From Hydrurus foetidus (taxonomy: Eukaryota), in contig UYFQ01000023.1 of the NCBI GenBank assembly GCA_900617105.1, positions 1 to 64,000 of the forward strand: a stretch of 64,000 nucleotides of DNA, read 5' to 3'. Both the position numbers and the translations under genes were made by a program. Shown here piece after piece: positions 19,600 to 30,083 of this stretch. Under the pieces are notes generated by a model. That model saw only the letters and a list, made by a program, of their open reading frames with translations. It did no database searches and was not told the origin of the DNA. Every line of letters begins with the position of its first letter. Position 1 is the stretch's first letter.

Positions 19600-20381
19600 A
19601 CCAACATCTTAAAAACCAACATGCACTGTTGACCGGCACCGCTGGCGGCATTGGCCTAGCCGCTGTCAAGGCATTCCTGCTAGAAGGTGCGCGTTGCACC
19701 GCCGTCGATTTAGCGCCTATACCATCGAAAGAACTGCAAGCGCTGATGGCACAGTATCCTGATCACCTGCACTACGTGGGTGCTGATGTCTCACAAATTA
19801 ATAGCATCAACAGCATGGTCAGTGGGGCCAGGGAACGCTTTGGCACCATCACCACTTTGCTGAACAACGCTGCCGTTTTCAGCCTGGGGAATTTGCTGGA
19901 GATTGACGAGCGCCAGTACCAGCGCATTTTTGATGTCAACGTCAAAGGCATGTTCTTTGTGATGCAAGCGGTGCTCAAGCAAATGGTGGCAGACGGTTGC
20001 AAAGGCAGCGTCACCAACCTCGCCTCGCAAGCCGGTCGTCGGGGTGAAGCCTTGGTGGCCCACTACTGCGCCAGCAAAGCCGCCGTTATCAGCTACACCC
20101 AGTCAGCCGCATTGGCGATGGCATCGCACGGTATCCGCGTCAACGGCATTTCCCCTGGAGTGATTGACACGCCGATGTGGAAAGACGTAGACGCGCAGTT
20201 TGCCAAAGCTGAAGGCTTGGTGATTGGTGAAAAAAAGAAAGCCGTGGGCTTGGCCGTGCCGCTGGGGCACATGGGTACGCCCGAAGACGTGGCCCGCGCG
20301 GCCGTGTTTTTGGCGAGCGCAAACGCCTCCTACATCACCGCCCAAACGCTGAATGTGGACGGCGGGAATGTGATGAGTTAG
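19596..20381 (+). CDS. SDR-family sorbitol (L-iditol 2-) dehydrogenase-like
   Basis: TGTAGGIG, NNAAVF, ASQAGRRGEALV, YCASK, NVDGG. Confidence 0.85.
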   Translation: MNQHLKNQHALLTGTAGGIGLAAVKAFLLEGARCTAVDLAPIPSKELQALMAQYPDHLHYVGADVSQINSINSMVSGARERFGTITTLLNNAAVFSLGNLLEIDERQYQRIFDVNVKGMFFVMQAVLKQMVADGCKGSVTNLASQAGRRGEALVAHYCASKAAVISYTQSAALAMASHGIRVNGISPGVIDTPMWKDVDAQFAKAEGLVIGEKKKAVGLAVPLGHMGTPEDVARAAVFLASANASYITAQTLNVDGGNVMS

Positions 20382-20432
20382 GGTGATGCGTTAACGTCAA
20401 GCCTTCATTGATTCCAAACCCGAGGAGACCCC

Positions 20433-21359
20433 ATGGCCAGCCCGCGTCAACGTGTCCGTGAACCCGAGCTAGAGCACGACTTTGGGCGCGACCCGACTTT
20501 AGGCTACCAACCCCGTGAAGTGCATGGCAGCCTGCGCTACCTGGAGCACGGTATCCCCACACCCTTGGTGCGCTGGCACCAGCACGAAGAGTACGAGCTA
20601 CACTTGATCGTCGAGACGCGTGGCAAGCTGTTTGTAGGCGACTACATTGGGCACTTTGAACCAGGTAATCTGGTACTGACAGGCTCTCGTCTGCCCCACA
20701 ACTGGGTCACCAGCGACGGCCCCGCCGAGGGTGTCGCGCTGCGGGACATGGTGCTGCAATTTTTAGATGCACCCTTGCGCCGTGCTTGCGAAGGCCTGGG
20801 TGAATTGCAAGCCGTGCTGCCGCTGCTAGAGCGTGCCCGCCACGGCATTGAGTTTTTTGACATGAGCGAGTCCACCCGAGGGCACCTGGAACGCATCAAA
20901 AACAGCCACGGACTCACCCGTTTTGGTGAATTTTTGATGCTGCTCGATAAGCTGGCCAATTGCACCGATTACCGGCTGCTCTCCACCGTGCAGATGCAGA
21001 GTTTTGACGACGATGCCTCGCTCGCCAAAATCAGCGGCATCGTGAGCTTCTTGACCGACCACAGTGCCGAGCAGTTCACGATGGCGGACGTGTCAGCCCG
21101 CGCCAGCATGAGCGAAAGCCAGTTTTCACGCTACTTCCGCCGCGCCACAGGCAACACCTTCACCGATTTCGTCAACCACCTGCGCATCAACCGCGCCTGC
21201 CAGATGCTGATGGAAACCGACCGCTACATCAACAACGTCTGCTACGACGTGGGTTTTAACAATGTGGCCAATTTCAACCGCCGCTTCATGCAGATCAAAG
21301 GCATGACACCCAAAGACTTCAGGCGCCAAGCCGAAGCCCGCTTTGGTGCCAAAGCCTGA
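20433..21359 (+). CDS. AraC-family regulator (Pseudomonas MtlR-like)
   Basis: Cupin WHQHEEYELHLI; C-terminal double HTH, VGFNNVANFNRRF. Confidence 0.88.
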   Translation: MASPRQRVREPELEHDFGRDPTLGYQPREVHGSLRYLEHGIPTPLVRWHQHEEYELHLIVETRGKLFVGDYIGHFEPGNLVLTGSRLPHNWVTSDGPAEGVALRDMVLQFLDAPLRRACEGLGELQAVLPLLERARHGIEFFDMSESTRGHLERIKNSHGLTRFGEFLMLLDKLANCTDYRLLSTVQMQSFDDDASLAKISGIVSFLTDHSAEQFTMADVSARASMSESQFSRYFRRATGNTFTDFVNHLRINRACQMLMETDRYINNVCYDVGFNNVANFNRRFMQIKGMTPKDFRRQAEARFGAKA

Positions 21360-21407
21360 CGACTTGCCCCCTCTCAACCCCCCCTAAACCCAGCTCTCTA
21401 TCAATTC

Positions 21408-22874
21408 ATGTACCTCGGACTCGATTTAGGCACCTCAGAACTCAAAGCCCTGCTGCTCGCAGACGACCACCGCGTCATCACCGTTGCCCACGCCGCGCTG
21501 ATGGTGCATAAACCGCAACCCCAGTGGTCAGAGCAAGACCCGCACAGCTGGTGGGTGGCACTGGAATCGGTAATGAACCAGCTCGCGGCCAGCCACCGCA
21601 CGGCACTCAGCGCCGTGCGGGCCATCGGCCTCTCGGGCCAGATGCACGGCGCGGTACTGCTGGATGCCCACAACACCGTCTTGCGCCCCGCCATCCTGTG
21701 GAACGATGGCCGCAGCGGTGCCGCCTGTGCGGCGTTGACCCTGGCCGTACCTGACGTGGCACAGATCACCGGCAACCTCGCCATGCCCGGCTTCACCGCG
21801 CCCAAACTCTGGTGGCTGCGTGAGAACGAGCCTGACATTTTCAAACGCACTGCCCGCGTGCTGCTGCCCAAAGATTACCTGCGCCTGCTGCTGACCGGTG
21901 AAGCCGTCACCGACTGCTCAGACGCCTCGGGCACGCTGTGGCTGGACGTGGGGGCGCGGCGCTGGTCGGAGCCCTTGCTGGCAGCCTGCGGTTTGGACGA
22001 ATCGCACATGCCGCGTCTGGTGGAGGGCAGCGAAGTGGCGGCGGGCGTGTCTACAGCCATCGCCACCCGCTGGGGCTTGCGGGCGGGCCTGCCCGTAGCT
22101 GGTGGTGGGGGTGACAACGCGGCCAGCGCTGTGGGCATGGGCGTAGTCTCGCCGGGGCAAGGTTTTGTCTCGCTGGGCACGTCTGGCGTGGTGTTTTTGG
22201 CGACGGACAGCTTTCGACCCAACCCGGCCCAAGCCGTCCATGCGTTTTGCCACGCCCTGCCCCAGCGTTGGCACCAAATGTCGGTGATGCTGTCAGCCGC
22301 CAGTGCCGTCAGTTGGGCGACCAAGCTGCTGCGCTTTGACAACGAAGCCACCTTGCTGCAAGCCGCCGCCACGCTGTCAGCCTGCGAACGCGCCCAAGCA
22401 CCGTTGTTTTTGCCCTACCTCTCGGGTGAGCGCTCGCCGCACAACAATCCCCAAGCCCAAGGCGTGCTGTTTGGCTTGACCCACGCACACGGTGCCGTTG
22501 CAATGGCCTATGCGGTGGTGGAAGGCATCAACTTTGGCCTGTGTGACGGCTGGCAAACGCTGGCGACGGATCAACCTGTCCGCGCGTTATCGGTGGTGGG
22601 TGGCGGTGCCCGTAGCGCGTGGTGGTCACAAGAATTGGCCAACACCCTGGGTGTGCCGCTCGTCTCGCAAGAGGGTGGTGCCACGGGAGGTGCTTTAGGT
22701 GCGGCACGTTTGGCATGGTTGGCGGATGGCGGTACAGAGGCAGAGGTCTGCCAGAGCCCACCTGTGGCTAAGCGCTTTGAGCCTGCGGTGTCGGGTACAA
22801 CGCATGACGCACAGACGTTGCGCTATCAGCGGTTCAAGGCGCTGTACACCACCTTGCGCAGCAGCTTTGCTTGA
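21408..22874 (+). CDS. xylB: Xylulokinase
   Basis: LGLDLGTS, GLSGQMHGAV, ILWNDGR, GGGDNAASA, PYLSGERSP. Confidence 0.93.
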   Translation: MYLGLDLGTSELKALLLADDHRVITVAHAALMVHKPQPQWSEQDPHSWWVALESVMNQLAASHRTALSAVRAIGLSGQMHGAVLLDAHNTVLRPAILWNDGRSGAACAALTLAVPDVAQITGNLAMPGFTAPKLWWLRENEPDIFKRTARVLLPKDYLRLLLTGEAVTDCSDASGTLWLDVGARRWSEPLLAACGLDESHMPRLVEGSEVAAGVSTAIATRWGLRAGLPVAGGGGDNAASAVGMGVVSPGQGFVSLGTSGVVFLATDSFRPNPAQAVHAFCHALPQRWHQMSVMLSAASAVSWATKLLRFDNEATLLQAAATLSACERAQAPLFLPYLSGERSPHNNPQAQGVLFGLTHAHGAVAMAYAVVEGINFGLCDGWQTLATDQPVRALSVVGGGARSAWWSQELANTLGVPLVSQEGGATGGALGAARLAWLADGGTEAEVCQSPPVAKRFEPAVSGTTHDAQTLRYQRFKALYTTLRSSFA

Positions 22875-23027
22875 CATTTGTCAAACTTCATGCCAATCAA
22901 GGTGACTTTAAAACGTGAATATTCACCAAAGAAAACATCACTCAAATCACAAAAATTGCCCTGTTACTGCTTACAGTAGAGCCCATAACCAGAAACACTG
23001 CTCAGGGAATTTTTAACGCTCAGGGAA

Positions 23028-23072
23028 GTTGCCACACAGAACCGCAAACAAGGGTCGGTGGCAACATTTTTC
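23028..23072 (+). terminator. Stem-loop followed by a T-run between convergent xylB and uppP
   Basis: GTTGCCAC (23028-23035) pairs with GTGGCAAC (23058-23065), followed by ATTTTT. Confidence 0.55.
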
Positions 23073-23099
23073 ATTCAACGCCAGACGCTTCAGGGTTTC

Positions 23100-23924
23100 T
23101 CAACCCGACCAGTCCACCCACCCCGTCCAGGCGGTGGCCAAGACGACCAAACCAAACGCGATGCGGTACCACGCAAAGGGTACAAAATTGTTGCTCGCAA
23201 TATAGCGCAGCAGCCATTTCACGCACAGCCACGCGCTGACGAACGAAAACACCAGCCCTACCAAGAACATAGGGGCATCCGCTATTGAAAGAATAGCACG
23301 TTCTTTATACAGGCTGTACACACCTGCGCCAATCAGCGTAGGAATCGCCAAAAAGAACGAGAAATCAGTGGCCGCCTTGCGCGACAAGCCCAGCAGCATG
23401 CCACCGATGATGGTGGCACCACTGCGGCTGGTGCCGGGCACCATCGCCAGGCACTGCACCAAGCCGACTTTGAGCGCGTCCAGCGGTGTCATCGCATCCA
23501 CATCGTGGATGCGGGTGGCCGTGACCGGGCGGCGCTCTGCCCACAAAATGATGATGCCACCCAAGATGAAGGTGCTGGCCACCACCACCGGAGTGAACAA
23601 ATGCGCTTTGATGGCCTTGCCAAACAACAGCCCCAAAATCACCGCTGGGATGAAGCCAATCAGCACGTTCAGCGCAAAGCGCTGTGCTTGGGGTTTGGTG
23701 GGCAAATCACGTAGGGTTTGGGCGATTTTTTGCCAGTACACGAGGATCACGGCGAAGATCGCACCGGTCTGGATGGCGATGTCAAAAACTTTGGCCTTGT
23801 CGTCGTGCATCCCCAAAAGCGAACCCGTCAAAATCAGGTGTCCAGTCGATGAAATAGGCAAAAACTCGGTCAACCCTTCGACGATGCCCATGATGGCCGC
23901 TTTGGCCAGTAACAACATATCCAT
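23100..23924 (-). CDS. uppP: Undecaprenyl-diphosphate phosphatase
   Basis: [18 protein letters not shown] and [18 protein letters not shown] before ATG 23924. Confidence 0.96.
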   Translation of the reverse strand: MDMLLLAKAAIMGIVEGLTEFLPISSTGHLILTGSLLGMHDDKAKVFDIAIQTGAIFAVILVYWQKIAQTLRDLPTKPQAQRFALNVLIGFIPAVILGLLFGKAIKAHLFTPVVVASTFILGGIIILWAERRPVTATRIHDVDAMTPLDALKVGLVQCLAMVPGTSRSGATIIGGMLLGLSRKAATDFSFFLAIPTLIGAGVYSLYKERAILSIADAPMFLVGLVFSFVSAWLCVKWLLRYIASNNFVPFAWYRIAFGLVVLATAWTGWVDWSG

Positions 23925-24013
23925 ACGCACTCCCAATTAAAGTGAGGGAATTATCACTGCCCGCTTTAGCGGCTGTTGTCAGGCTAGGATCACAGCCCGA
24001 CCGTTTTACAAGT

Positions 24014-24868
24014 TCACGGCTGCCAGGGGTTGTGCGGCAGGTGGATGCGCCGGTACAGGGCTTGCAGCTCACCACTTTGGCGCAGCTTGAGCAAGGTGGT
24101 CGTGACCACGCCATCCACAAAGTCCCCACGCGGGCCACGGGGGCGGAAGAACACGTCTTCGAAGTCCCCATAGTTGGCTCGCACGATGTTGGTGATGTTG
24201 AGCTGTTTGAGCACCGTGTCAGCTTCTTCTTGCGCCCACAAAAAGGCATCCAAACGACCCGCCTCCACTTTGCGCAAAGCACTCTCCAGCGATGTGAACT
24301 GCTCCACCGGAAAACCCCAATCAAAGCCAGGGGCTTCGATCAGCAATTTGGCTTTGCCTTTGGCAAAATTTCGCGCAATCAAAGCACGCGTTAGTGGTTT
24401 TTTTTTGTTACTGTAAAGCACAAAATTAGCGGTTCCAAATGAGGTCGTGCTGTATTGGTAGGGCAGTTTTTCATCGCTACCCATGCGCAAGCGCAACGTA
24501 GGCAAACCTAAATCTGCTACTCCCTGGGCTACATCTTCTGTTACCCGCAAGACCGGGGCAACGCTGACCAAAAAACGACCCGTTGGATAGTGCTTGGCCA
24601 TGGCCTGCACCAAGTCAATCAAGCTGCCATCGGTGGGCGAATTTACCAAGCCAGGAAGCAGCATGGCCTCGACCCGAATATCGGGGTCGTCAACCGCAAT
24701 GCTCGACTTCACGGGTGCTGACGCGGGTGCGATCCCCGCAGGAGCGACTGCGGTGGTCACTGGCTCCTCTTGCCTCGAGCAACCGCTCAGCCACAGAGCC
24801 GCGCCCGCCAGCAGCCACTGACGCCGAACCACGTCTTCAGGCTGTATGCCGTAGGTGTTGCAATTCAT
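24014..24868 (-). CDS. Periplasmic solute-binding (family 3-like) lipoprotein with twin-Arg signal
   Basis: RRQWLLAGAALWLSGC signal/lipobox; LRKVEAGRLDAF; LLKLRQSGELQALY. Confidence 0.75.
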   Translation of the reverse strand: MNCNTYGIQPEDVVRRQWLLAGAALWLSGCSRQEEPVTTAVAPAGIAPASAPVKSSIAVDDPDIRVEAMLLPGLVNSPTDGSLIDLVQAMAKHYPTGRFLVSVAPVLRVTEDVAQGVADLGLPTLRLRMGSDEKLPYQYSTTSFGTANFVLYSNKKKPLTRALIARNFAKGKAKLLIEAPGFDWGFPVEQFTSLESALRKVEAGRLDAFLWAQEEADTVLKQLNITNIVRANYGDFEDVFFRPRGPRGDFVDGVVTTTLLKLRQSGELQALYRRIHLPHNPWQP

Positions 24869-24904
24869 GCTCGTTGCCTCCTGTCAATGCCTTAACGCCA
24901 TCAT

Positions 24905-26581
24905 TTAACGCGGCGCATCGTGCCGCTGCACACTCATCGGTGAAGCAGGTCGTGTGGACTCACTGTCTACCGATTGCCCGTCGGGGAACTTGGCCATTTG
25001 GCGCTTGGCCCAATCCAGATTGTTGATTAAAAAATCTACCAACACGGGGTCAAAATGGCTGCCGCTCCCGGCTTGTATGAACGCGACCACCTGCGCCATT
25101 GGCCACGATTCTTTGTAGCTGCGCTTGTTGACCAAGGCATCAAACACATCAACCAAAGCCACAATGCGGGCAAAGATGTGGATGGCCTCGCCCTTGAGGC
25201 CATTCGGGTAGCCCGTACCGTCGTACTTTTCGTGGTGCTGCCCCGCAATCACCGCTGCAGCTTGGAACAACGGGCGGCTGGAGCGGGCAAAGATGTTTTG
25301 TCCGATTTCGGCATGGCGCTTCATGTGCGCCCATTCCTCAGCGTCCAGCCCGCCCTTTTTCAACAAAATGCTGTCAGGGATGGCGACTTTGCCGATGTCA
25401 TGCATGGGTGACGCCATGTAAAGCAGCTGACATTCGTCTTCACTCAGACCCATCGCTTCGCCCAGCATCGAGGCCAGATGCGCCACCCGCTTGACATGGT
25501 TGGCGGTGTCGCCCGATCGGGTTTCCACCACATCGCCCAAGGTGGCGATGATGTCGATTTGCGTGTCGGCGATTTCGCGGTCAAGGTAGAGGTTGTCAAA
25601 CGCGATCGAGATGTTTTTCGAGAATACATCTATCAGCTTGAAATCCAAGGCATCAGCACCGGCCACACCATCCAGGTAAATCAGGTTGGTGATACCGCGC
25701 TTGGTGGGAAAGTAACCGACAAACACATTGCCCTGTACCAGGGTGTGCCGGGCTGCCATGCATGCATTGAGCGACTGCACCACCTCGGGAGATAACTCAG
25801 GCTCAGCCTCAGCTGACCCGTTGGTATCGCGTTGGTCAAATCGGCCAGCACGGGCCAATACTTCAAAGCCAGTCGCGGTTTGCACTACCGTCACTCCATT
25901 TGCCGCACTCGAACCGTCCGCATGGCTTGCACGCACCACCATGGTTTGACGAATCGGCATCAGCAAAGCGCTCAGCTGGTGCAGCAAGCCACGGGCAAAA
26001 ATGCGCAACGATCGCTGCTCAAACAGATTGGCTGAAGCCTCAATCACCAGCTCTAGGCCATCGCGGTAGCGCTCTAGCTGCTGACGTGAGCGTTTCAGGG
26101 TGACGATATCGTCATAAGCGCGCAGGGCAGCCAAGGTACACGAATACAGCTTATCGGCTGTGGCGTGCGTTTTGTTCATGTACTCGTTGATCTCAAAATC
26201 TCTGATCACTTCTCGCTCAGGGGCAATGCCAGGCTGGCCTGTGCGCAGCACGATGCGCATATCACGGTTGCCCAGGTCATTGCGAATGTGGTTAACCAAA
26301 TCCAGCCCGGCGGTATCGCGTTCCATGACCACATCAATATAGGCCAGAGCGATGCCCGAATGACCGGCGGCATCGGCATCCGCATGTTGGGCCAGCAACT
26401 CGCGCGCATGGGCATCGCTGTAGGCGATCAAAAACTCGATGGGGCGCTCAAGGTAGACAAAATCGCTGAGTGCCAACCGGGTGATAGAAGTCATCTCTGG
26501 CTCATCATCCACCACCAACACACGCCAGGGCTCACCGACAACTTTTGGCACTTCAGCCGATTCTGAACGCTTTTTGAACAT
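24905..26581 (-). CDS. Response regulator with HD-GYP cyclic-di-GMP phosphodiesterase domain
   Basis: REC (VVDDEP, IDVVME, LRTGQPG); HDIGK, HHEKYDGTGYP, VDVFDAL. Confidence 0.92.
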   Translation of the reverse strand: MFKKRSESAEVPKVVGEPWRVLVVDDEPEMTSITRLALSDFVYLERPIEFLIAYSDAHARELLAQHADADAAGHSGIALAYIDVVMERDTAGLDLVNHIRNDLGNRDMRIVLRTGQPGIAPEREVIRDFEINEYMNKTHATADKLYSCTLAALRAYDDIVTLKRSRQQLERYRDGLELVIEASANLFEQRSLRIFARGLLHQLSALLMPIRQTMVVRASHADGSSAANGVTVVQTATGFEVLARAGRFDQRDTNGSAEAEPELSPEVVQSLNACMAARHTLVQGNVFVGYFPTKRGITNLIYLDGVAGADALDFKLIDVFSKNISIAFDNLYLDREIADTQIDIIATLGDVVETRSGDTANHVKRVAHLASMLGEAMGLSEDECQLLYMASPMHDIGKVAIPDSILLKKGGLDAEEWAHMKRHAEIGQNIFARSSRPLFQAAAVIAGQHHEKYDGTGYPNGLKGEAIHIFARIVALVDVFDALVNKRSYKESWPMAQVVAFIQAGSGSHFDPVLVDFLINNLDWAKRQMAKFPDGQSVDSESTRPASPMSVQRHDAPR

Positions 26582-26617
26582 CAAATCCGTCTCCTGTGTA
26601 GCCTTAGATTGTCGATG

Positions 26618-28144
26618 CTATTGCTGAGGCTGTGTAGCTTGAATCACTTGTGGAGCCTGCACGGTGAAGGTCGTGCCGCCTCCTAAAACCGTTTTGAGTG
26701 AAATAGTGCCTTGCAACTGCTGCGTGACCAAATTCGACACGATGTGCATCCCCAAACCACTGCCCCCCGCTTGCCGGTTGGTGGTGTAAAACGGGGCGTA
26801 CACCTGACGCGCCACGTCATCGGCCATGCCTTTGCCGTTGTCACTGAAACTGAGCACCACCTGCCCCGCACTGACCCCCACGCTGATGTCGATACACGGG
26901 TCAGGCTGATCTGCTGTGAACGCATGGATGATGGCGTTGTTAATCAGGTTCGAGAGTATCTGCGCCCAAGCTCCTGGGAAACTGGTCAACACCAACAGCG
27001 GATCGCACACCAAGACCGTGTTGACCCGCGCTTTACGCAGCAAAGGCCGGTGCGTGAGCAAAATGTCTTCCAAGTACTGGTTGAAATTGAACTGCCGCAT
27101 GGCATCACTGCCTTGGTCTACCGCCACCAGCTTGAAGCTACGCACCAGTGCTGCCGCTTTTTCTAAGCTCAAAAAGATTGAGCGTGCCAACTCTTTGGAA
27201 TCGACTAAAAACTGCTCGAACTCCGGCTCTTCCAACTCGCCCGCACGAAATTTCGCATCTAACTTTTCTACCATGTACTTGAAGTGCGACGTGCCCGTCA
27301 AACTCAAGCCGACAGGCGTATTGATTTCGTGCGCAATGCCTGCCACCAAGCCGTTCAGGGATTTTTCAGACTGGAGCAGGCTCTCTTGCGTGGCTTGCAG
27401 CTGGGCGGTGCGTTGCAGCACTTGGGATTCCAGATTATGGTTAAGGGCATCCAGCGCGTTCACCGTGCTCGTCACCTCAGCTGCCAAACTGTTGATAGCG
27501 TGTGAAATCGTGTCCAGCTCATCACGATCTTCACGCAGCACCCGCTTGACAGGCAAAGGGCTGAGCATTGGCAATTTCGGATCTATGCCGGACGCGACAT
27601 TGGCAATGCGCAGCAACGGCGTGGACAGCATCCGTTTGAAAAACAGGTTCACCAGAAAAATCAACAGCGCCGTTTTCAGCAGCGCCGCAGCCGCCGTCAG
27701 CAGTACCCCTGTCATCAAACGGCGCACTACCACATCGCCGTTGGAGTGCAATTCAAGCCAACCCAGGTCTTCGGTGCGCCCCAGAACCTTGTATTCCAAA
27801 CGCATGCGGCTGGTGTAACCCCCAGGCAGGGTGGTATTGAGGTTATCGGTCGGCTCAGCCATGGTTTTGAGCACTTGCCCATTCGGCCCCATCACCGACA
27901 CCCGGCTGACGCTGGGCAGGTTCAAAATACCTTCCAGCGTGGTGTTGATCTGCGCTTGGTCAAAATTCCACAGCGCCAAGCTCACACTTTGGCCAAACGT
28001 GCCGTGCAACAACCCCAGCTCAGTCACCACATCTTGCCGCACCTCGATGTACTCCACGGCAATCTGGACGGCAAAAATAAGCACCGTCACCCCCAGATAA
28101 ACCGACAGCACCCGTTTGAGCAACCGGCGAGAAAGAGACTTCAC
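26618..28144 (-). CDS. Membrane sensor histidine kinase
   Basis: Two TM segments, HAMP-like region, AHEINTP H-box, NLINNA, DNGKG, GGSGLG; GTG start overlaps the upstream stop (GTGA). Confidence 0.9.
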   Translation of the reverse strand: MKSLSRRLLKRVLSVYLGVTVLIFAVQIAVEYIEVRQDVVTELGLLHGTFGQSVSLALWNFDQAQINTTLEGILNLPSVSRVSVMGPNGQVLKTMAEPTDNLNTTLPGGYTSRMRLEYKVLGRTEDLGWLELHSNGDVVVRRLMTGVLLTAAAALLKTALLIFLVNLFFKRMLSTPLLRIANVASGIDPKLPMLSPLPVKRVLREDRDELDTISHAINSLAAEVTSTVNALDALNHNLESQVLQRTAQLQATQESLLQSEKSLNGLVAGIAHEINTPVGLSLTGTSHFKYMVEKLDAKFRAGELEEPEFEQFLVDSKELARSIFLSLEKAAALVRSFKLVAVDQGSDAMRQFNFNQYLEDILLTHRPLLRKARVNTVLVCDPLLVLTSFPGAWAQILSNLINNAIIHAFTADQPDPCIDISVGVSAGQVVLSFSDNGKGMADDVARQVYAPFYTTNRQAGGSGLGMHIVSNLVTQQLQGTISLKTVLGGGTTFTVQAPQVIQATQPQQ

Positions 28145-28812
28145 AGCCGCTGCCGCAAAGCACGCAGCGCACTGCCAACGGTGGTCAGCACGGGCAAGCC
28201 GCTGGCGGCTTCGCACAGTGACTTGGCGCGGGCCATGCTGAACTGGGCCAGCGCGATATGGCTGCAACCCTGTGCCGCCAAAGCACGGGCTTGGGTGGCG
28301 ATCAGGCGGTCATGGCGGTCGGTGTCGCCTTCGTTCAAAGCTGCCAGCGCCCCTTCGGCCAAAGCAAGTACCAACGGGAAGCCCGCCGGAAACTCTGGCG
28401 GCATGGATTGCAGCGTAGAAGGAAAAGTGGCAATCAAGCCCAATTTACCAGCGCTGCCAGCTACGCTTTCAATAGCAAGAACCGCTTCAGCCACCATCGC
28501 CTCGTTGGGTTTGAGCACCGGCATGGCCGCGTGGGTGCGGGCTACGGCCTCGATACACGGCCCAAAGGCTGAGCAGGTGAACAAAATGCCCTGCGCCCCG
28601 GTATCTACCGCGTACTGGGCGAGCCGTGCGAAACGCTCGAACATGGCCGCATCCAGCCCTACCCCGCCCTGCGCCACAGTACCCGCCAAGTCCGCAGACA
28701 GGCTGTCGTCCAGCAGGTTCATCACCTGCGCTTGCGGCCAGTCTTGGGCAAAGGCTTGGTTAATAGGCGCGACGGAGTGGGCCAGGGCGTGGATTAAGGC
28801 AATGCGGGGCAT
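28141..28812 (-). CDS. Asp/Glu/hydantoin racemase family protein
   Basis: NLLDDSL, ILFTCSAFG, PVLKPNEAM, LAQFSMA. Confidence 0.8.
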   Translation of the reverse strand: MPRIALIHALAHSVAPINQAFAQDWPQAQVMNLLDDSLSADLAGTVAQGGVGLDAAMFERFARLAQYAVDTGAQGILFTCSAFGPCIEAVARTHAAMPVLKPNEAMVAEAVLAIESVAGSAGKLGLIATFPSTLQSMPPEFPAGFPLVLALAEGALAALNEGDTDRHDRLIATQARALAAQGCSHIALAQFSMARAKSLCEAASGLPVLTTVGSALRALRQRL

Positions 28813-28904
28813 GAAAATCTCCGAAATTTTCAGCCATTATCAGCTCGACAGGCTGTCCAAAACCGCGTCTAACGCCACGTGCAGCGCGGTGGCGATCTCG
28901 CTCA

Positions 28905-29001
28905 ACCGGTCGTCCTTCATTTCCTGCATCTCACGCCAGAAAAAGGCTTTTCGTCGCAAGTGGCTCGCACCCAGCGCTCTGCACAGGCACAGTCACGTCA
29001 T
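28905..29001 (+). promoter_or_regulatory. Putative LytTR-dependent promoter of the DUF2306-like operon
   Basis: TTTCGTCGCA (28949) and GGCACAGTCACGTCAT (28986) repeat the architecture and 37-bp offset seen at 33134/33171. Confidence 0.65.
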
Positions 29002-29029
29002 ACGCCACCCATGACGAAAACCTAGCACC

Positions 29030-29443
29030 ATGCAACTCACGCCCCTTATCGCCGTCCACATGACCGCAGCCTTGCTCGCTATCGCCACTGGCCCTGTTGC
29101 CCTTTGGGCGCGCAAAGGGGCGACACAGCGGCCCAAACTGCACCGGGCGTTTGGCTATGCCTGGGTCACACTGATGATCGTGGCAGCGACCTCCGCCATC
29201 TTCATTCGGGATTACGGTTTGCCCAATATCATGGGCTACACGCCTATCCACCTGCTGATACCACTCACATTTTCGAGTTTGTTCAGATCATTTCAAGCGC
29301 TGGCACGCGGACAGATTGCGCGGCACAAGTTCTTTATGCAAGGGCTGTATATCGGGGCTTGTATCGTGGCCGGAATATTCACACTGCTGCCTAACCGCTA
29401 CTTGGGTGGCCTGCTGTGGCACAACCTACTGAACCTCGTTTAA
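29030..29443 (+). CDS. DUF2306-like four-TM membrane protein
   Basis: Conserved His residues (IAVH, LHRAFG, PIHLL, ARHK) and FTLLPNR. Confidence 0.75.
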   Translation: MQLTPLIAVHMTAALLAIATGPVALWARKGATQRPKLHRAFGYAWVTLMIVAATSAIFIRDYGLPNIMGYTPIHLLIPLTFSSLFRSFQALARGQIARHKFFMQGLYIGACIVAGIFTLLPNRYLGGLLWHNLLNLV

Positions 29444-29499
29444 TCCCTTGTTATTTTGGCCATTCTTATCCTTTTAATACCGTTTACTGGAGAACCTTC

Positions 29500-30036
29500 A
29501 TGCTCATGCAAATCATCAGCCACACCCCCACCTGGGTTTTCATCCTCTTCGCGGCACTGCTCGCATTGGGGGCTTCTCAGCTCAAATCACGCACTGCCTC
29601 ACTCAAGCGCATCACGATCATGCCCGTCGCTATGCTGGGCCTGGCTTTGTCGGGTGTGGTTTCCGCCTTCGGCAAAACCAATGGCAGCGCCGCCGTGCTG
29701 AGTTGGGCTATGGGAGCCGTCGTGATGGGTCTGTGTTTGTTTTCACGCCCGGCGCCCCAGGGCACCCGGTATGACGCGGCCAGCAAGCTGTTCACCCTGC
29801 CGGGCAGCGTGGTGCCGATGGTGCTGATTTTGGGTATCTTTTTCACCAAATACGTGGTTGGTGCAAGCTTGGGATTTCACCCCGAGCTAGCCCAAAACAC
29901 CGGCTTCGCGCTGGGTGTTAGCGGGTTGTATGGTGTCTTCAGTGGAATTTTTGCTGCGCGGGCGGCACAGCTGTGGCGGCTGGCTGGGCAGCAGATGCAT
30001 TGGGTAGCTGGCGTGGCGCAGCGTGACCCTTGGTGA
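29500..30036 (+). CDS. Conserved membrane protein (DUF6622-like)
   Basis: HTPTWVFILF start, LPGSVVPM, FFTKY; GGAGAA RBS before ATG 29500. Confidence 0.65.
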   Translation: MLMQIISHTPTWVFILFAALLALGASQLKSRTASLKRITIMPVAMLGLALSGVVSAFGKTNGSAAVLSWAMGAVVMGLCLFSRPAPQGTRYDAASKLFTLPGSVVPMVLILGIFFTKYVVGASLGFHPELAQNTGFALGVSGLYGVFSGIFAARAAQLWRLAGQQMHWVAGVAQRDPW

Positions 30037-30083
30037 ATGCCCGTGCCAGCACGCCCCACCGACTCCATACTCAGGACAACCCG

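Noticed and set aside
27746..29014. 422-aa plus-strand ORF
   Set aside because: Overlaps the kinase and racemase genes on the opposite strand; no RBS or domain signature
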